DNA of 64,000 bases from a virus (IMGVR_UViG_3300021507_000001:5105-69104), one strand, 5' to 3'; counted from the first letter of the stretch, positions 9,645-20,046 are shown. The notes: generated from the sequence alone by a model not told the origin. Numbers and translations are program-made.

Positions 9645-10679
9645 CTAGTAAGTCGTGGCCTGGTTGTCCAGAAGCAATTGTATGTAGTCGCTCCCAGCCA
9701 GGACCTGCGCCGTGCCAGTGTATTGCTGAACAATCATTTGCCCACCAGCCAGCATCGGGGGGCCTTGCGCTCCCCAGCTAACGGATGGGGCCGTGATCTC
9801 TAACCGGTAGGGAACGGTCTGCCCGGGGATGTTGTTCGGACTTTGGATTACAACGTCCATGGCGGTCTTGTGAACCACCGGACTCCATTCTGTGCCACCG
9901 TTTGCATAAATGGAGGCGTAGAGAGCTGGGTCATCCCATTTGTGCGTCCAGGTAAAGCTCAGCACCTGCTGCAACAGTACCATGTCGTCGGGGTACGGGC
10001 TGTTGATAACGGCCTCGTCTTGCGGGGTGGAGTAGGCATTAACCAAGTCAATGCTTAGGTTCACGGCGTTGTATGGAGTCCCTCCCAGCGTTAGTGTGTT
10101 ACCGGCAACTGCCGCCAGGGGAACGGAGGTTTCGTCTTCGTAGGCGTTGTCGTATGTCCAGCCGCTGGGGTCCTGATTGGGTAGAGGAATCCGTCCAGCA
10201 AAGTCGAAGTTAGCCACCAGGAGCTGGTGTGCGGCAAAGATTAGCCGCATACGCGAAACGCGCACGTCGTTGATTTGCTCTCCCTTGTCATCGTGACCCA
10301 CACCGCTGGGGATCATGGCCCGAATGCCCAGCCAGGGCATGTCCATGGCGTCCGCAGGTGTGGTAAACACATGACGAAGAACGCCGGCCTCGGGACAGTC
10401 TGCTGTCACCGAGTGTACTCCGACGGCTGCTTCTAGCAAGTGACCAATGACATTCTCTAGCCGAGGCAAGAGGGTCACTGTGCCCGCGCCGAAAGCTCCG
10501 TCTTTGTATGCGCCGGTCGGGTGGTAGTCACCACCCACTTCGGGGGGAATCTGCTGCACTTGCTGGGCAGTACCAATACCGCCCTGTAGTATCTTGTGAC
10601 GATACCACGTGGTTGCAGCAGACCCCTTTGCTGTCTGGGGGCCAAAACTGAAGACCCCCTTACTTGAAAGTACGCTCAT
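9645..10679 (-). CDS. major tail tube protein
   Basis: MSVLSSKGVFSFGPQTAKGSAAT start and ...LLLDNQATTY end typical of tube proteins; position. Confidence 0.75.
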   Translation of the reverse strand: MSVLSSKGVFSFGPQTAKGSAATTWYRHKILQGGIGTAQQVQQIPPEVGGDYHPTGAYKDGAFGAGTVTLLPRLENVIGHLLEAAVGVHSVTADCPEAGVLRHVFTTPADAMDMPWLGIRAMIPSGVGHDDKGEQINDVRVSRMRLIFAAHQLLVANFDFAGRIPLPNQDPSGWTYDNAYEDETSVPLAAVAGNTLTLGGTPYNAVNLSIDLVNAYSTPQDEAVINSPYPDDMVLLQQVLSFTWTHKWDDPALYASIYANGGTEWSPVVHKTAMDVVIQSPNNIPGQTVPYRLEITAPSVSWGAQGPPMLAGGQMIVQQYTGTAQVLAGSDYIQLLLDNQATTY

Positions 10680-11728
10680 TTGTTTCTCCTCATCGTCTGA
10701 TATGCTCGGTACCACTGTCGCCAGCCATCGGCAATGTTGTGGTGTTTCCGAGCGTCTTTGTATCCTTCGCGTTGGAGCTTCTGCCGCAATCTCCGGTTTT
10801 CTAGGAGTTTTTCTATAGCAGATTCCCAACAGTCTTCCGTGTGCCTCACTAATAATCCATTGTGGTTGTTCTGAACAACTCCTCCATACGTGGTTCCCTG
10901 GGTAGCAATTACTGCTGCTCCACCGGGTACTTTGCCGACTAGCCGCTCAGCTGACCATGACTCGATGGCCTTGATAGCACTCTTGGACTTATTGAAGTAG
11001 TCATCGGGGTCAACTGCGCATAGCACTATATCGGCTTGACGCATCAAAGAGGGGTATTGTACATAGGGCACTGGCGGTATGTATGTGGCCTCTTGTAGGT
11101 AGTCGGGCTGATACCCGCCTACCAGCAAGCGAACGTCGCTGTGCCGTTTTGCAACCCTCAGAGCAGCCGTGGCCGCCGGTAGCCAGTCGTCGTAGTGTGT
11201 AGTGGTTCCGACCAGCATGATAGTCGTCTCCTCATACATCTTCTCTGTCTGCCGTGCAACCTTGGAAAATATCTCAAACTCAATGTGATTCTCTAACACC
11301 ATACAGGGTGTGTCGCTGATTAGCTTAACCATTCTCGCCAGGGCTTTGGTGGAAACGGTGGCGTAATCACACATTCTTGCCATTTCTTCCATGCTCACCG
11401 GCGAAATCTCTCGGTAGTGGTTTGAGTAGTCGTCATCTGTCTCAAACACGATCTGTGCCCCGGTCGTGGCTCGTAAGTCGTCGATCATGTCACCGGTCTT
11501 GCCGATGTAGCGGGGTAAGACGATAATGTCTTGTCCCATAACGAGCCGTGTGTCGGCTAGCGCATCGGCGATGGGCATCCACTTACACACCATGTCTTTG
11601 GTGTTGGTGTTGATGTGTGAAAAAGGTGATGTAACCCGATATATGTCTACAGCAGAGGGTTCTGTTTTATCTCCGCTGTTGAGAAGGGCTAAGACCTTTA
11701 TGGTTTTAGGGTAAGTACTTGCACCCAC
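10676..11728 (-). CDS. glycosyltransferase (GT-B fold)
   Basis: VFETDDD, ATVSTKAL, FNKSKSAIKAIES, HNGLLV motifs. Confidence 0.8.
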   Translation of the reverse strand: MGASTYPKTIKVLALLNSGDKTEPSAVDIYRVTSPFSHINTNTKDMVCKWMPIADALADTRLVMGQDIIVLPRYIGKTGDMIDDLRATTGAQIVFETDDDYSNHYREISPVSMEEMARMCDYATVSTKALARMVKLISDTPCMVLENHIEFEIFSKVARQTEKMYEETTIMLVGTTTHYDDWLPAATAALRVAKRHSDVRLLVGGYQPDYLQEATYIPPVPYVQYPSLMRQADIVLCAVDPDDYFNKSKSAIKAIESWSAERLVGKVPGGAAVIATQGTTYGGVVQNNHNGLLVRHTEDCWESAIEKLLENRRLRQKLQREGYKDARKHHNIADGWRQWYRAYQTMRRNK

Positions 11729-12336
11729 AGTTCTCCTTCTTGAATCCAGTCAGAGGCTCCGCCTCTCTCCGTATGGAAGCTCTCACTGAGTAGGGCGGCC
11801 AGGGCCATCTGGCCTAAGGGGTCACGTAGTCCGGCTACGTCCCAGCCGTGGGGGTTGGTGTCACTCTTGGATGCGCAGTATGTTTCCAGAAGCGATTTGA
11901 AGACCGTGGCGATGCGATCTGCTTCTAGCTGTGTCTGCTGTGCCCCGATCATGAAGCACTGCCACTCGATATAGAGCCGCTCCCACCAGTGGTAGGCTCC
12001 ACCGACCTCACGCATGGGAGCATCTATGCCCAGGTCGTTCTCGCTGGCGCCTCCCCGAAATGCGTTACTGCGCCATGTCTCCCTGTCGGGATCGCCAGCA
12101 TAAATGGAGACTGCGGCATCCACTTCTCCATTGGTGTTGGCAACATCTGTTGGGTCATCCTGAAACCGGCCCACTTTGACGATGCCTGGTTTGAGAATGG
12201 TAGAATCACCAGTGACTTGGTTAGTGTAGGTAAGCATGTCCACGTATTCTGCAGGCGGATTATCGAACTTGTCGATGATGTGATCCCGCAGCCCAATCTT
12301 GAGTGCGTGCAGTAGGGGATAGATGGTGTTACTCAT
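11698..12336 (-). CDS. putative tail completion/terminator protein
   Basis: Position between adaptor and tail tube; ATGA coupling. Confidence 0.45.
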   Translation of the reverse strand: MSNTIYPLLHALKIGLRDHIIDKFDNPPAEYVDMLTYTNQVTGDSTILKPGIVKVGRFQDDPTDVANTNGEVDAAVSIYAGDPDRETWRSNAFRGGASENDLGIDAPMREVGGAYHWWERLYIEWQCFMIGAQQTQLEADRIATVFKSLLETYCASKSDTNPHGWDVAGLRDPLGQMALAALLSESFHTERGGASDWIQEGELWVQVLTLKP

Positions 12337-12992
12337 CGGCGCGCTCCCATGCGGCGGTATTGTTCCTGTGGGTGTTGCTGGCAAATGGTGTGGTAGCGTT
12401 TCAGGAAGTACTGCGAAAGTCTTAGCTGGGGGTTGTCCTCCGGATTACCAGAATCGCGTTTCTTTTTGTAGTTGCCCAGCAAAGCCTGCTGAGCATAAGA
12501 CGGTGCCAGCACAGATGCGGCCACGTAGCATTTCACGGCTTCGTAGGCCCAGTCTGGGATGTCGATGACTGAGTTGTCGTCCTCTACACGGTTGTAGTAG
12601 GCTATGTAAAAAAGTTTGAAGGTTGTGCCCGACCTGGGGGCAGCGTAGAGGTTTATGGTTCCGGTGGGCCAGACTGCGTAGGTATTTGTTGAATCCTCGG
12701 CGGCCCCGGGCTGGTAATCGAGTTCACGCAGCCAGGTTTTTCCGTCTGTCCAACGGATACCAAAGACGCCTCGATCGCGCCCTTCTACTACGTTGGAGGG
12801 AAGGGGCCACTCCGTGGTGGTCCCATCCCCCACAACGTCGCTCACAGAAACAACCCCGGCATAAGAGGAGGCTAAAGCAACCAGGGCGTCATTGACTGCC
12901 CAAAGCAGCTGATCCTCATCATATTTCGAGTACAGGGGGTCCTTGAGGAACCCACCGCTTATTTGTTGTTTCAGTGTGAGCCATGTTATCAT
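12333..12992 (-). CDS. head-tail adaptor protein
   Basis: Follows MCP; LLWAVNDA, INLYAAP, IDIPDWAYEAVKCYVAA adaptor-like motifs. Confidence 0.7.
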   Translation of the reverse strand: MITWLTLKQQISGGFLKDPLYSKYDEDQLLWAVNDALVALASSYAGVVSVSDVVGDGTTTEWPLPSNVVEGRDRGVFGIRWTDGKTWLRELDYQPGAAEDSTNTYAVWPTGTINLYAAPRSGTTFKLFYIAYYNRVEDDNSVIDIPDWAYEAVKCYVAASVLAPSYAQQALLGNYKKKRDSGNPEDNPQLRLSQYFLKRYHTICQQHPQEQYRRMGARR

Positions 12993-14335
12993 TAGAGTGT
13001 TACGACCTTGTTGTGACCAGGCGCCACGTAGGAGCCAGCGAAGAAGTAGACCTCGAAGCGTTCAGTAAACATCTGCTGATACTTCAGGAAGGCGTCCCAG
13101 GCAAAACGGTATACGCTTAGCGTGTCGTCGTAGGCGGGGGGCACGTAGGTCTGCGGCGGCTGTGTAACACCACACACGACCGCGCGCGGCCCCTTGAGGA
13201 AGATCGCGGCATGGACGGGGCGCGCCAGGGTGATATACCCGTAGACGCCACCACCCAAGTCGGTCTGGAAGTCGGTGGAGCTGATCGGTTTGTCGAAGGT
13301 GATGGTTCCACCATCAACAGAAATGACGCGCCGCTCCAAGTTCACGGGGTCATTCCAAACCGGACCGTCCTTGGTGGCGCGGGTACCGTTAGCAGCAGCA
13401 CGAGTTGTGTGGAGGGTTACGTAATCCCCCGGAGCCAGCACGCCAGTAACATCAGTGTAGGAAACACCATGAGTGGCAGCAAACTGGCCCACGTGCCAGA
13501 CCCCGTCAACCTTGGTGGTCTCAGGATCGGGCGCACCAGCACCCTCGGCAATCGAGGCGTCGATGGTGGCTTGTTTGATGATCTCGCCAACATTCCAAAG
13601 GGTCAGGATGTTACTCTGCGCAAAGCGCACGCCCTCGTAGGTGCCAACTTCGTAGTTGAGCAAGCGAGCAGGTTCTGCGTACTGGTGGCGGCTGATCCAT
13701 TCACCGGTCCCCAGTGTCTGGCTCTTCAGCTCGTAGGTCGCAGCGGGAGAGGTCAAGCAGAAGATGTCTTGCTCTTCAGCGTCTGAATAGGCCGCGCCCA
13801 ACTGGATCGAGCGCGCCACACCTTCCTCGAAGGTGTCAGACGCCTTGAGTGCATAGAAGCCAGCCTTGTCATTACTGAAGCTAGCAAAGTGTCCGCCAAT
13901 GTAGGCGTTTCGGGCTAGCCGGTCCAGCGAGAGTACCATGTGTGGCCCCAAGAGGTTGTTCATGATTGCTCGCAAACCAGCACGACCATTCTGAATCCAG
14001 GAGGTGATGTAGTCATCGTATTTCATGAGCATGACTTTGTCACCATAACGTTTCGTCTCGATGTCAATGCTGCGGCTATCCACGTACAGGGACGGGACTT
14101 GCAGCGCATACACGTCTAGCTCGGCGATGTTCGGTTCCGGCTCGATGAGCTGGGTGAATGTCATTTTCTTGGTGCGCGCAGCACCAAGATCAACCTTGTA
14201 GTCAACAAGCCCATAAAAAATGGACCGCTTGACGTAGTTGCTCAATAGCTCGGGAACAAACACGGTGTGGCTGTTCTGATCTAATGAGGCCCATGGGGTT
14301 GTACCATAGGGGGTATCCCAAGTTCCAGCTGCCAT
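12992..14335 (-). CDS. major capsid protein (HK97 fold, with insertion domain)
   Basis: After scaffold; EVGTYEGVRF, YGDKV motifs; 447 aa. Confidence 0.8.
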   Translation of the reverse strand: MAAGTWDTPYGTTPWASLDQNSHTVFVPELLSNYVKRSIFYGLVDYKVDLGAARTKKMTFTQLIEPEPNIAELDVYALQVPSLYVDSRSIDIETKRYGDKVMLMKYDDYITSWIQNGRAGLRAIMNNLLGPHMVLSLDRLARNAYIGGHFASFSNDKAGFYALKASDTFEEGVARSIQLGAAYSDAEEQDIFCLTSPAATYELKSQTLGTGEWISRHQYAEPARLLNYEVGTYEGVRFAQSNILTLWNVGEIIKQATIDASIAEGAGAPDPETTKVDGVWHVGQFAATHGVSYTDVTGVLAPGDYVTLHTTRAAANGTRATKDGPVWNDPVNLERRVISVDGGTITFDKPISSTDFQTDLGGGVYGYITLARPVHAAIFLKGPRAVVCGVTQPPQTYVPPAYDDTLSVYRFAWDAFLKYQQMFTERFEVYFFAGSYVAPGHNKVVTL

Positions 14336-14356
14336 GATATTTCTCCTATCTAGTTG

Positions 14357-15028
14357 TTATTTGTGTAAGTCGCTCCATTGGGTGCTTAGCTGGCTGTATA
14401 GCGTCCAGTCTTTGGCGGCGGCGGCCTGCTCGAGCTTCCGCTCGAGGCTTTTCACGTCACCGTCACCAGACCCAGTGGCCGAAGGAAAGGCGGGTCGCAT
14501 GCCCTTGATTTTCTCTTGGACATGGGTCTCCGCTCGCTTTTGTACCAATTCTTGAATTGTGCTGAGCTTGGCACGCAGTTCTTCTATCGTGGCGGCTTGG
14601 GGCATTGCGCCCTGGGCCATTAAGCCGCTGAGGTCCGGGAACTCGGTGGCAACCAGATTGGCTACTCCCGCTTCTCGCTTGGCCTCGGCCTCGGCCCGTT
14701 TGCGTGCCTCGTTTTCTGCAATCAGGGCGGCAATTTGCGCCTGCATTCCCGTTAGGGCATTGTCCTGAGCTCCCGCTTCCTCTTCATGCTTGAGAGTTAG
14801 CGCTTGGGCAGCTGCCTGTGCGTCTGCCGCTAGTTGCTTGGCCGCCGCCAGTTCCTTGAGCAGTTCTGTAACTTTTAGGTCGCTGCCAGCCTGTGCTTTC
14901 TTGGCATTGGCGAGCTGCCGTCGCAGTTCTGCTACTTGATCCTGACTATTGTCTTGCTGACCACCCTCATGACCAGTGTCCACCACCGTGGTGTTGGGCG
15001 TGCTGTTCGATTGTGTGTTCTCACTCAT
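14357..15028 (-). CDS. scaffolding protein
   Basis: Ala/Glu/Gln coiled coil between portal and MCP. Confidence 0.7.
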   Translation of the reverse strand: MSENTQSNSTPNTTVVDTGHEGGQQDNSQDQVAELRRQLANAKKAQAGSDLKVTELLKELAAAKQLAADAQAAAQALTLKHEEEAGAQDNALTGMQAQIAALIAENEARKRAEAEAKREAGVANLVATEFPDLSGLMAQGAMPQAATIEELRAKLSTIQELVQKRAETHVQEKIKGMRPAFPSATGSGDGDVKSLERKLEQAAAAKDWTLYSQLSTQWSDLHK

Positions 15029-16554
15029 TGCTCTGTGTCTCCTTTAGTATTAACGCGCGGCTCTGTGGGCCGCACTGCTTGCGCCTGCTCGCCGTCGCTG
15101 CCAGCCCCCCCGAAAGGGTTTTCTGTCTGTTTGCCGAGCGAGGCTTTCCACTCCAAATGTTTCTTGATTAACTCCAAAGCGGTCTTGACGTCTCGCACGT
15201 CTTGCATAGCCACCAAGGCTTGCTCTGGGGTAATTAGCCCGTTGTTCAGCCGCAATATGATGCGGTTTAGTTCTGACTCGGAATCGCGGGGTAGGATGGG
15301 GGCCCATTCCGGCCAGATGCGTAATCCTTGTATTTCTGCGTGTGTAACTCCTTCTATGCCCTTGGCCGCACACAGCCGTAATATGCGATGGCTGAGTTCG
15401 GATAGTCCTTTGCTCCAATGTGTTCTTTCTGCGTTGATGTGTTTGATCAGTGGTATCATGCGCAACGCCAGGGTTAGTGCGCTGCGCTGTGATCCCTCGT
15501 CTTGTCCATATACGATAGGTGGTGTACTTGCTTCGGTGCGCGCCAGTGTCAAGAGATCGGATGCCCACTGGGTCGCCGCTGTGGTTACTCCACTGTGGCT
15601 AGGAAAGTACATGCGAGGTTCGTCTTGACCTGGTTGCGTGGAACCAAGATCACCAATGAGAACGCCGTTCCCCAGGTCTCGTACTGCGGGATTGCGGCAG
15701 TTCGATACCCAGGGTATCTGCCGGGCGTCGTCTGCAATCTTGTCGCCTATGTCTGCGTAGCGCTCGTTGACGCCCTCTGCCAAGCCACGCATGTTGTGAA
15801 AGAGCGATCTGCCGTAAAAGCCGCCATCTCTGATGTGAGGAATGTAGGTAAATGGGATACACCCTAAGGGGGGTGGCCCCTGTCCTTCCCACTCCACCGA
15901 CTTGCCATCTATGGTGATCTCGGCACTGTCGCTCGTCCACTCTGCTCTAAATAGTACATTGCCTCTGGCGTCTAGTATACCATACCTTTGTTGTGCCTCC
16001 ACTGCATCCATGTAGTACTGGATGATGACGCGCAGAAGTTTGTAGTGTTCTCCGGTGGAGTAGTAGGGAAAGAAGTATTCTGTCCCCGGGCTGTCAATAG
16101 CTATGGGTAGCTTGCCTTCTTGTTTGCGGGTGGGGTCGTAACGTTCACCAAATACGACTCCTCCTAATACCTGCGCTACCAAGCCTCCTTCCTGCTCTAG
16201 CTCGCGAGCGTCATTCTCATATAGAATGCGGTTGAGTATGCTGGTTAGTTTCTGGGTGGTACCAGCGTTTTCTTCGCCACTACCCCATTTCTCTACTGTC
16301 ATGGGTACCATGGCGGGGGCCGAGTCGGTTACTTCACCAAAGAGGAAGCCTACGTGTAGCATGGCCGCCAGCCTGATGGGGTTTAGCTTGAGGGGGTAGA
16401 CTAACGTTTCGTTGTCAGCCATTTTCTCGTCTAGCCATACTCCCTCGAAGTGCTCTATGTATTCCAGGTACGCGCTGTGCTGCCGCGCCCACTCTCTAGA
16501 GAATGGGGTGTTGTCTAACGGCAATGGCGTCCCTATGATGTCGTTGTAGCGCAT
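15025..16554 (-). CDS. portal protein (SPP1-like)
   Basis: 509 aa after terminase; IPFTYIPH..FYGRS, SALTLALRMIPL, EWAPILPRD. Confidence 0.85.
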   Translation of the reverse strand: MRYNDIIGTPLPLDNTPFSREWARQHSAYLEYIEHFEGVWLDEKMADNETLVYPLKLNPIRLAAMLHVGFLFGEVTDSAPAMVPMTVEKWGSGEENAGTTQKLTSILNRILYENDARELEQEGGLVAQVLGGVVFGERYDPTRKQEGKLPIAIDSPGTEYFFPYYSTGEHYKLLRVIIQYYMDAVEAQQRYGILDARGNVLFRAEWTSDSAEITIDGKSVEWEGQGPPPLGCIPFTYIPHIRDGGFYGRSLFHNMRGLAEGVNERYADIGDKIADDARQIPWVSNCRNPAVRDLGNGVLIGDLGSTQPGQDEPRMYFPSHSGVTTAATQWASDLLTLARTEASTPPIVYGQDEGSQRSALTLALRMIPLIKHINAERTHWSKGLSELSHRILRLCAAKGIEGVTHAEIQGLRIWPEWAPILPRDSESELNRIILRLNNGLITPEQALVAMQDVRDVKTALELIKKHLEWKASLGKQTENPFGGAGSDGEQAQAVRPTEPRVNTKGDTEQ

Positions 16555-16928
16555 TGGTTCCTCTCTCTTAGGGCCTCGATCAGCCGCGCTTGCTTTGCAA
16601 TGGCCTCTTCTTTCTCGGCTATTACAGACTGGTAATAAATGATTTCCGCCTCTAGTTTGATGACTTTGCCCACGGTGATGTGTAACTGGGTCTCGAGGGC
16701 CATGACGCGCTGTTGAAGTTCTACCATTTCTTTTTTGTCGATTTCTCTTTGTGTGTTGAGCTGGTCGATCACGTCACCGAGCATGGCTACCTCAGCAGCT
16801 TTCCCCTGCGCCGTGTTTAGGCGGGCGCCCGAGATGAGCGATTTCTTCTTGGCGTTGGCTAATAGCCATTGCGCCCCACCACCAGTAATGAAGGCCACTA
16901 AAATTGTCCCTATGCTCTCAGGTGTCAT
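16533..16928 (-). CDS. membrane-anchored coiled-coil protein
   Basis: N-terminal hydrophobic helix then heptad repeats. Confidence 0.6.
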   Translation of the reverse strand: MTPESIGTILVAFITGGGAQWLLANAKKKSLISGARLNTAQGKAAEVAMLGDVIDQLNTQREIDKKEMVELQQRVMALETQLHITVGKVIKLEAEIIYYQSVIAEKEEAIAKQARLIEALRERNQCATTTS

Positions 16929-18547
16929 AGACGCCGCCTGTGTGCGCGTTGTCTGCCACTACGCACGCCCGATCGCTTGAGCAGCATTATGTCCGGCAGC
17001 TCTTCCCACTCTTCACCCTCTTTTGCATACCAGAAGAGTCGGTGAATGATGTGCGCGGCCATGAAGAGCGCGCTCGCTATGTCTTGGTTGATGCGTTTGT
17101 CGGGCATCCGCCAGCGGCTGAGTTGTGTCCAGATGTGGGGAATGTCTCTTTCGGGCATGAGGATTTTGCCGTTGCCCATCAGTAGCTTGAGCGCGGCTAC
17201 CATTTGCATTTTGTTCCCCGCGAAGTTTATGCCCTCGGCACTGATCCCGCGCTGGACAAAGACTAGTTCGTCGAAGCCTTTCTGGGGACCGGTGCTGTCG
17301 AAACCGGTGAAGAGGGGCTTGTATTGTCCTTGTAGAACCTCTAGTGAGTAGACCCAGGGCCAGTATGATCCTTTGCCGTCTACCCAGTCGAAGGCCGCCA
17401 GGGTGGCCGGTGTGTCTGGGAAGCCGGTTGCGTCAAATACGGTCAGTACTCCTGAGTTGCGCTTCGGCGGTGTCCCTTGTCCAGGGTCGCCCACCAGAAT
17501 GTAGGTGTGCCCCTCTACATAGGGTAGTTTCCAGGTGAGTGTAAGGCCTTTCCCGCTTGTTATTTTAACGTACCCGTTTAGCTTGTTGTCTAGGCCGTTT
17601 TTCATGGCGTCGTCTAGGTCTGGCGAGGAGGCCCCCTCGATTAGCGCGGGTGTAAATTCTTTGCCGTGCGGCAGGGGTCTCTTGGAGTAGAGGTACTGGT
17701 CACGCTTGCCTGGGTCTACGATGCGCCGCTCGATGTCTTGTTTCTGTTGCTTGGTTACGTAGGGGTTGTCGTCTATGGTGAGGAGGATGGAGAGGTATTT
17801 GTCTTTCAGTGGCGATTCATCAATTCCTAAGTCGAATCTGTCCCATAGGTACGCCGATTCGTCAGCGTTGCCCATGACTACTAGTTTGCCCAGGCGTTCC
17901 CTGGTGCCGCTGAAGCCACGTAGCCGCGATCCCAGGTTGACCATGAGGTCTTCGGTGTCGTCTTCGTTCATCAGACCGGCCTCGTCTATGACGGCCATGT
18001 CTCCTGACCAGCTGCGTATTCCCTCGGCGTTGCGGTCAGCACTCATGAATTCTAGGGTGCTGCCGTTTTTGAATTCTATCGCAGGCCACGGGGCGCGGGT
18101 GATGCGCTTGACTAATCTCTCTATGCGCCTGGGGTTGTCAGGGTCTTCTTTCCAGTGTATTAGGTCACGCCTTACGGCGTCGAACATTTGTTTGGCCTGC
18201 CAGGCTCTGGGCGCTACGTCCATGAAGCGGAAGTCTGGCATCATCAGCGCGTAGTAGCAGCTAATGGCGGCTAACCCTACGGTCTTGCTCGATCCAAATG
18301 CCCCTATGACGGTGATCTCGCGACGGGTGTCGTGCGCTAGCAGCATCTGCCAGGGCAGGGGTATCCATGGCACGTACTCACCAGGTTGCAGGGGGGGGTC
18401 GTATTCGTCTGGCGGCTTCCCCGCTAGGTCGTCACGCGCTATCCCCTTCTCCGGCGAGAACCAGTAGGAGGTAAATGCTCCCATGCCCCCGCGCTGGGGG
18501 TCCGCCGCCGCTTGCATGATGATGGTTTCTTCTTCTGTGAAAAGCAT
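16925..18547 (-). CDS. terL: terminase large subunit
   Basis: Walker A GAFGSSKT, Walker B AVIDEAG, nuclease GDPG and late Asp; upstream of portal. Confidence 0.9.
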   Translation of the reverse strand: MLFTEEETIIMQAAADPQRGGMGAFTSYWFSPEKGIARDDLAGKPPDEYDPPLQPGEYVPWIPLPWQMLLAHDTRREITVIGAFGSSKTVGLAAISCYYALMMPDFRFMDVAPRAWQAKQMFDAVRRDLIHWKEDPDNPRRIERLVKRITRAPWPAIEFKNGSTLEFMSADRNAEGIRSWSGDMAVIDEAGLMNEDDTEDLMVNLGSRLRGFSGTRERLGKLVVMGNADESAYLWDRFDLGIDESPLKDKYLSILLTIDDNPYVTKQQKQDIERRIVDPGKRDQYLYSKRPLPHGKEFTPALIEGASSPDLDDAMKNGLDNKLNGYVKITSGKGLTLTWKLPYVEGHTYILVGDPGQGTPPKRNSGVLTVFDATGFPDTPATLAAFDWVDGKGSYWPWVYSLEVLQGQYKPLFTGFDSTGPQKGFDELVFVQRGISAEGINFAGNKMQMVAALKLLMGNGKILMPERDIPHIWTQLSRWRMPDKRINQDIASALFMAAHIIHRLFWYAKEGEEWEELPDIMLLKRSGVRSGRQRAHRRRL

Positions 18548-18548
18548 T

Positions 18549-18773
18549 CTACCTCATAACCAGCCACTTGGGATGTAGCTTGATCGCTACCCATGCTCTG
18601 ATGTTGCTCCATATAAAGTCTTTTAAGACTCGCCAGAAGTCAGAGGCCGCTATTTCCCATAGGAATTTCTCTTCCTCTCCACCTATGTTCCGGTACCACA
18701 GCTGTAGCTTCCCGCGATGGAGACGCGGCTGCCAGTACTCTACTCCCTCTGTGTCAGACTGCAAACGCTTCAC
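18549..18773 (-). CDS. hypothetical protein
   Basis: Coupled small ORF in leftward operon. Confidence 0.5.
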   Translation of the reverse strand: MKRLQSDTEGVEYWQPRLHRGKLQLWYRNIGGEEEKFLWEIAASDFWRVLKDFIWSNIRAWVAIKLHPKWLVMR

Positions 18774-18958
18774 TATATGCTATCCTTGCATCGCCTGTCG
18801 AACAGAAGGCACACAGTGGTTTTGTCCTCCGGGTGGCTAGGCCACCCCTGCCAAGTAACCAGTTTGTAGAGCGGCGACAGGCACTCCAATGTTTTCGCTA
18901 ACCACTCTTGATCTTCTGGCTTTCCGTTCCAATCCACCTTTACTATAAGATCACTCAC
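18773..18958 (-). CDS. hypothetical protein
   Basis: AGGAGG RBS and GTG start; coupled. Confidence 0.45.
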   Translation of the reverse strand: MSDLIVKVDWNGKPEDQEWLAKTLECLSPLYKLVTWQGWPSHPEDKTTVCLLFDRRCKDSI

Positions 18959-19181
18959 TCCGTCCTCCTTGCGGGCCGTCAAACTCTTGCACTATTATGT
19001 ACTTGCCCCATTTCCAGCCCGACGTGTGCTGTATTCCCTGTATCTGTATTTTGTATTTCTTGACTAGCGACTTGAATAGGTCGTCAAGTATCATGCACCC
19101 AGAAGCCACCTCTTGTGTTCGTATGACGATACCGTTGTTACCCAGTGTTTCTACCGTTCCTGCATCCTGCCAGTCAGTCAT
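18951..19181 (-). CDS. hypothetical protein
   Basis: ATGA overlap, RBS. Confidence 0.5.
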   Translation of the reverse strand: MTDWQDAGTVETLGNNGIVIRTQEVASGCMILDDLFKSLVKKYKIQIQGIQHTSGWKWGKYIIVQEFDGPQGGRSE

Positions 19182-19417
19182 CGTTCCTCTTCTGCCGCAG
19201 AAGTTGTGCCCGAAAATGTGGCCCATGTGACTTCATAGGGCGGAAATGCGCTCATGGGCCTGGCTTTCTCAAACACGTACTCCGCTCTTCCTTTGTTTTC
19301 CTGGTGGTTCCTCGTCCGCTTCTCATACGCCATCCGGTACTTGTCGTGTATGATCTCTTCTATGTCCTCTAATAGCTCCTCGTCTTCTTCTCCTTCCCAC
19401 TCTACTACGATGATCAT
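19178..19417 (-). CDS. hypothetical protein
   Basis: ATGA overlap. Confidence 0.5.
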   Translation of the reverse strand: MIIVVEWEGEEDEELLEDIEEIIHDKYRMAYEKRTRNHQENKGRAEYVFEKARPMSAFPPYEVTWATFSGTTSAAEEER

Positions 19418-19704
19418 TCTGCCCCCCTTATCCATTCGTTGTCCCGCAATACTTCCACTATCCCGTGTGCTATGAGGTCTATCTCCCGCTCGCTGTGCTT
19501 GTCTATCCCCCCCTGTGTTAGTATCCCATGTAGTATCTCGTGCCATAGTGTGATCCGCCGCGCTTGTGGACCTAACTTGTCTACTATCCGTATGCGGCTA
19601 CGACTGTATTTGATGTCCCCCCATAGTCTACAGCCCCCCCGCTTCAACTCTCTGACGCTCTCGATCCGATAGTCCACCGCCCCTATTCGTACTGTGTCTG
19701 CCAT
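19414..19704 (-). CDS. small HExxH zinc metallopeptidase-like protein
   Basis: ITLWHEILHGI motif; GGAGG RBS; first gene of leftward operon. Confidence 0.65.
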   Translation of the reverse strand: MADTVRIGAVDYRIESVRELKRGGCRLWGDIKYSRSRIRIVDKLGPQARRITLWHEILHGILTQGGIDKHSEREIDLIAHGIVEVLRDNEWIRGAE

Positions 19705-19728
19705 GCCTCCCCCTGTGCGTTTGCTTTG

Positions 19729-19756
19729 ATTATACCAGGCGCGCTGTGTGTGTCCA
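19729..19756 (-). promoter_or_regulatory. sigma70-type promoter for leftward operon
   Basis: TGGACA-16-TATAAT with extended TG. Confidence 0.6.
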
Positions 19757-19905
19757 GCCCCAACATGGGGAAATGGCAAATTGTTTGAGGAGAGTCTTAA
19801 GTAGCATTCGCTACGCCCTCTATGAACATAGGGGGTCTTTTTTCTCACGGGGGCACAGACCCCCTCCCCCCCCTGGGGGGGTACTACACACTTAGGAGGT
19901 GTGAA

Positions 19906-20046
19906 ATGTTGGGGATTTTCGTTGACGGCAGGCTGCTGGACGTGATCGAGGAAGGAGAAATGGATGAACTCGACCAAGGGTTCATCGAGATCGCCGACGA
20001 CCTCGAGCTCATCGAGTTCGAGTACGTTGGCGACGGTGATTTCTAG
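19906..20046 (+). CDS. very acidic 46-aa protein
   Basis: AGGAGGTG RBS; 16 D/E versus 1 R. Confidence 0.65.
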   Translation: MLGIFVDGRLLDVIEEGEMDELDQGFIEIADDLELIEFEYVGDGDF

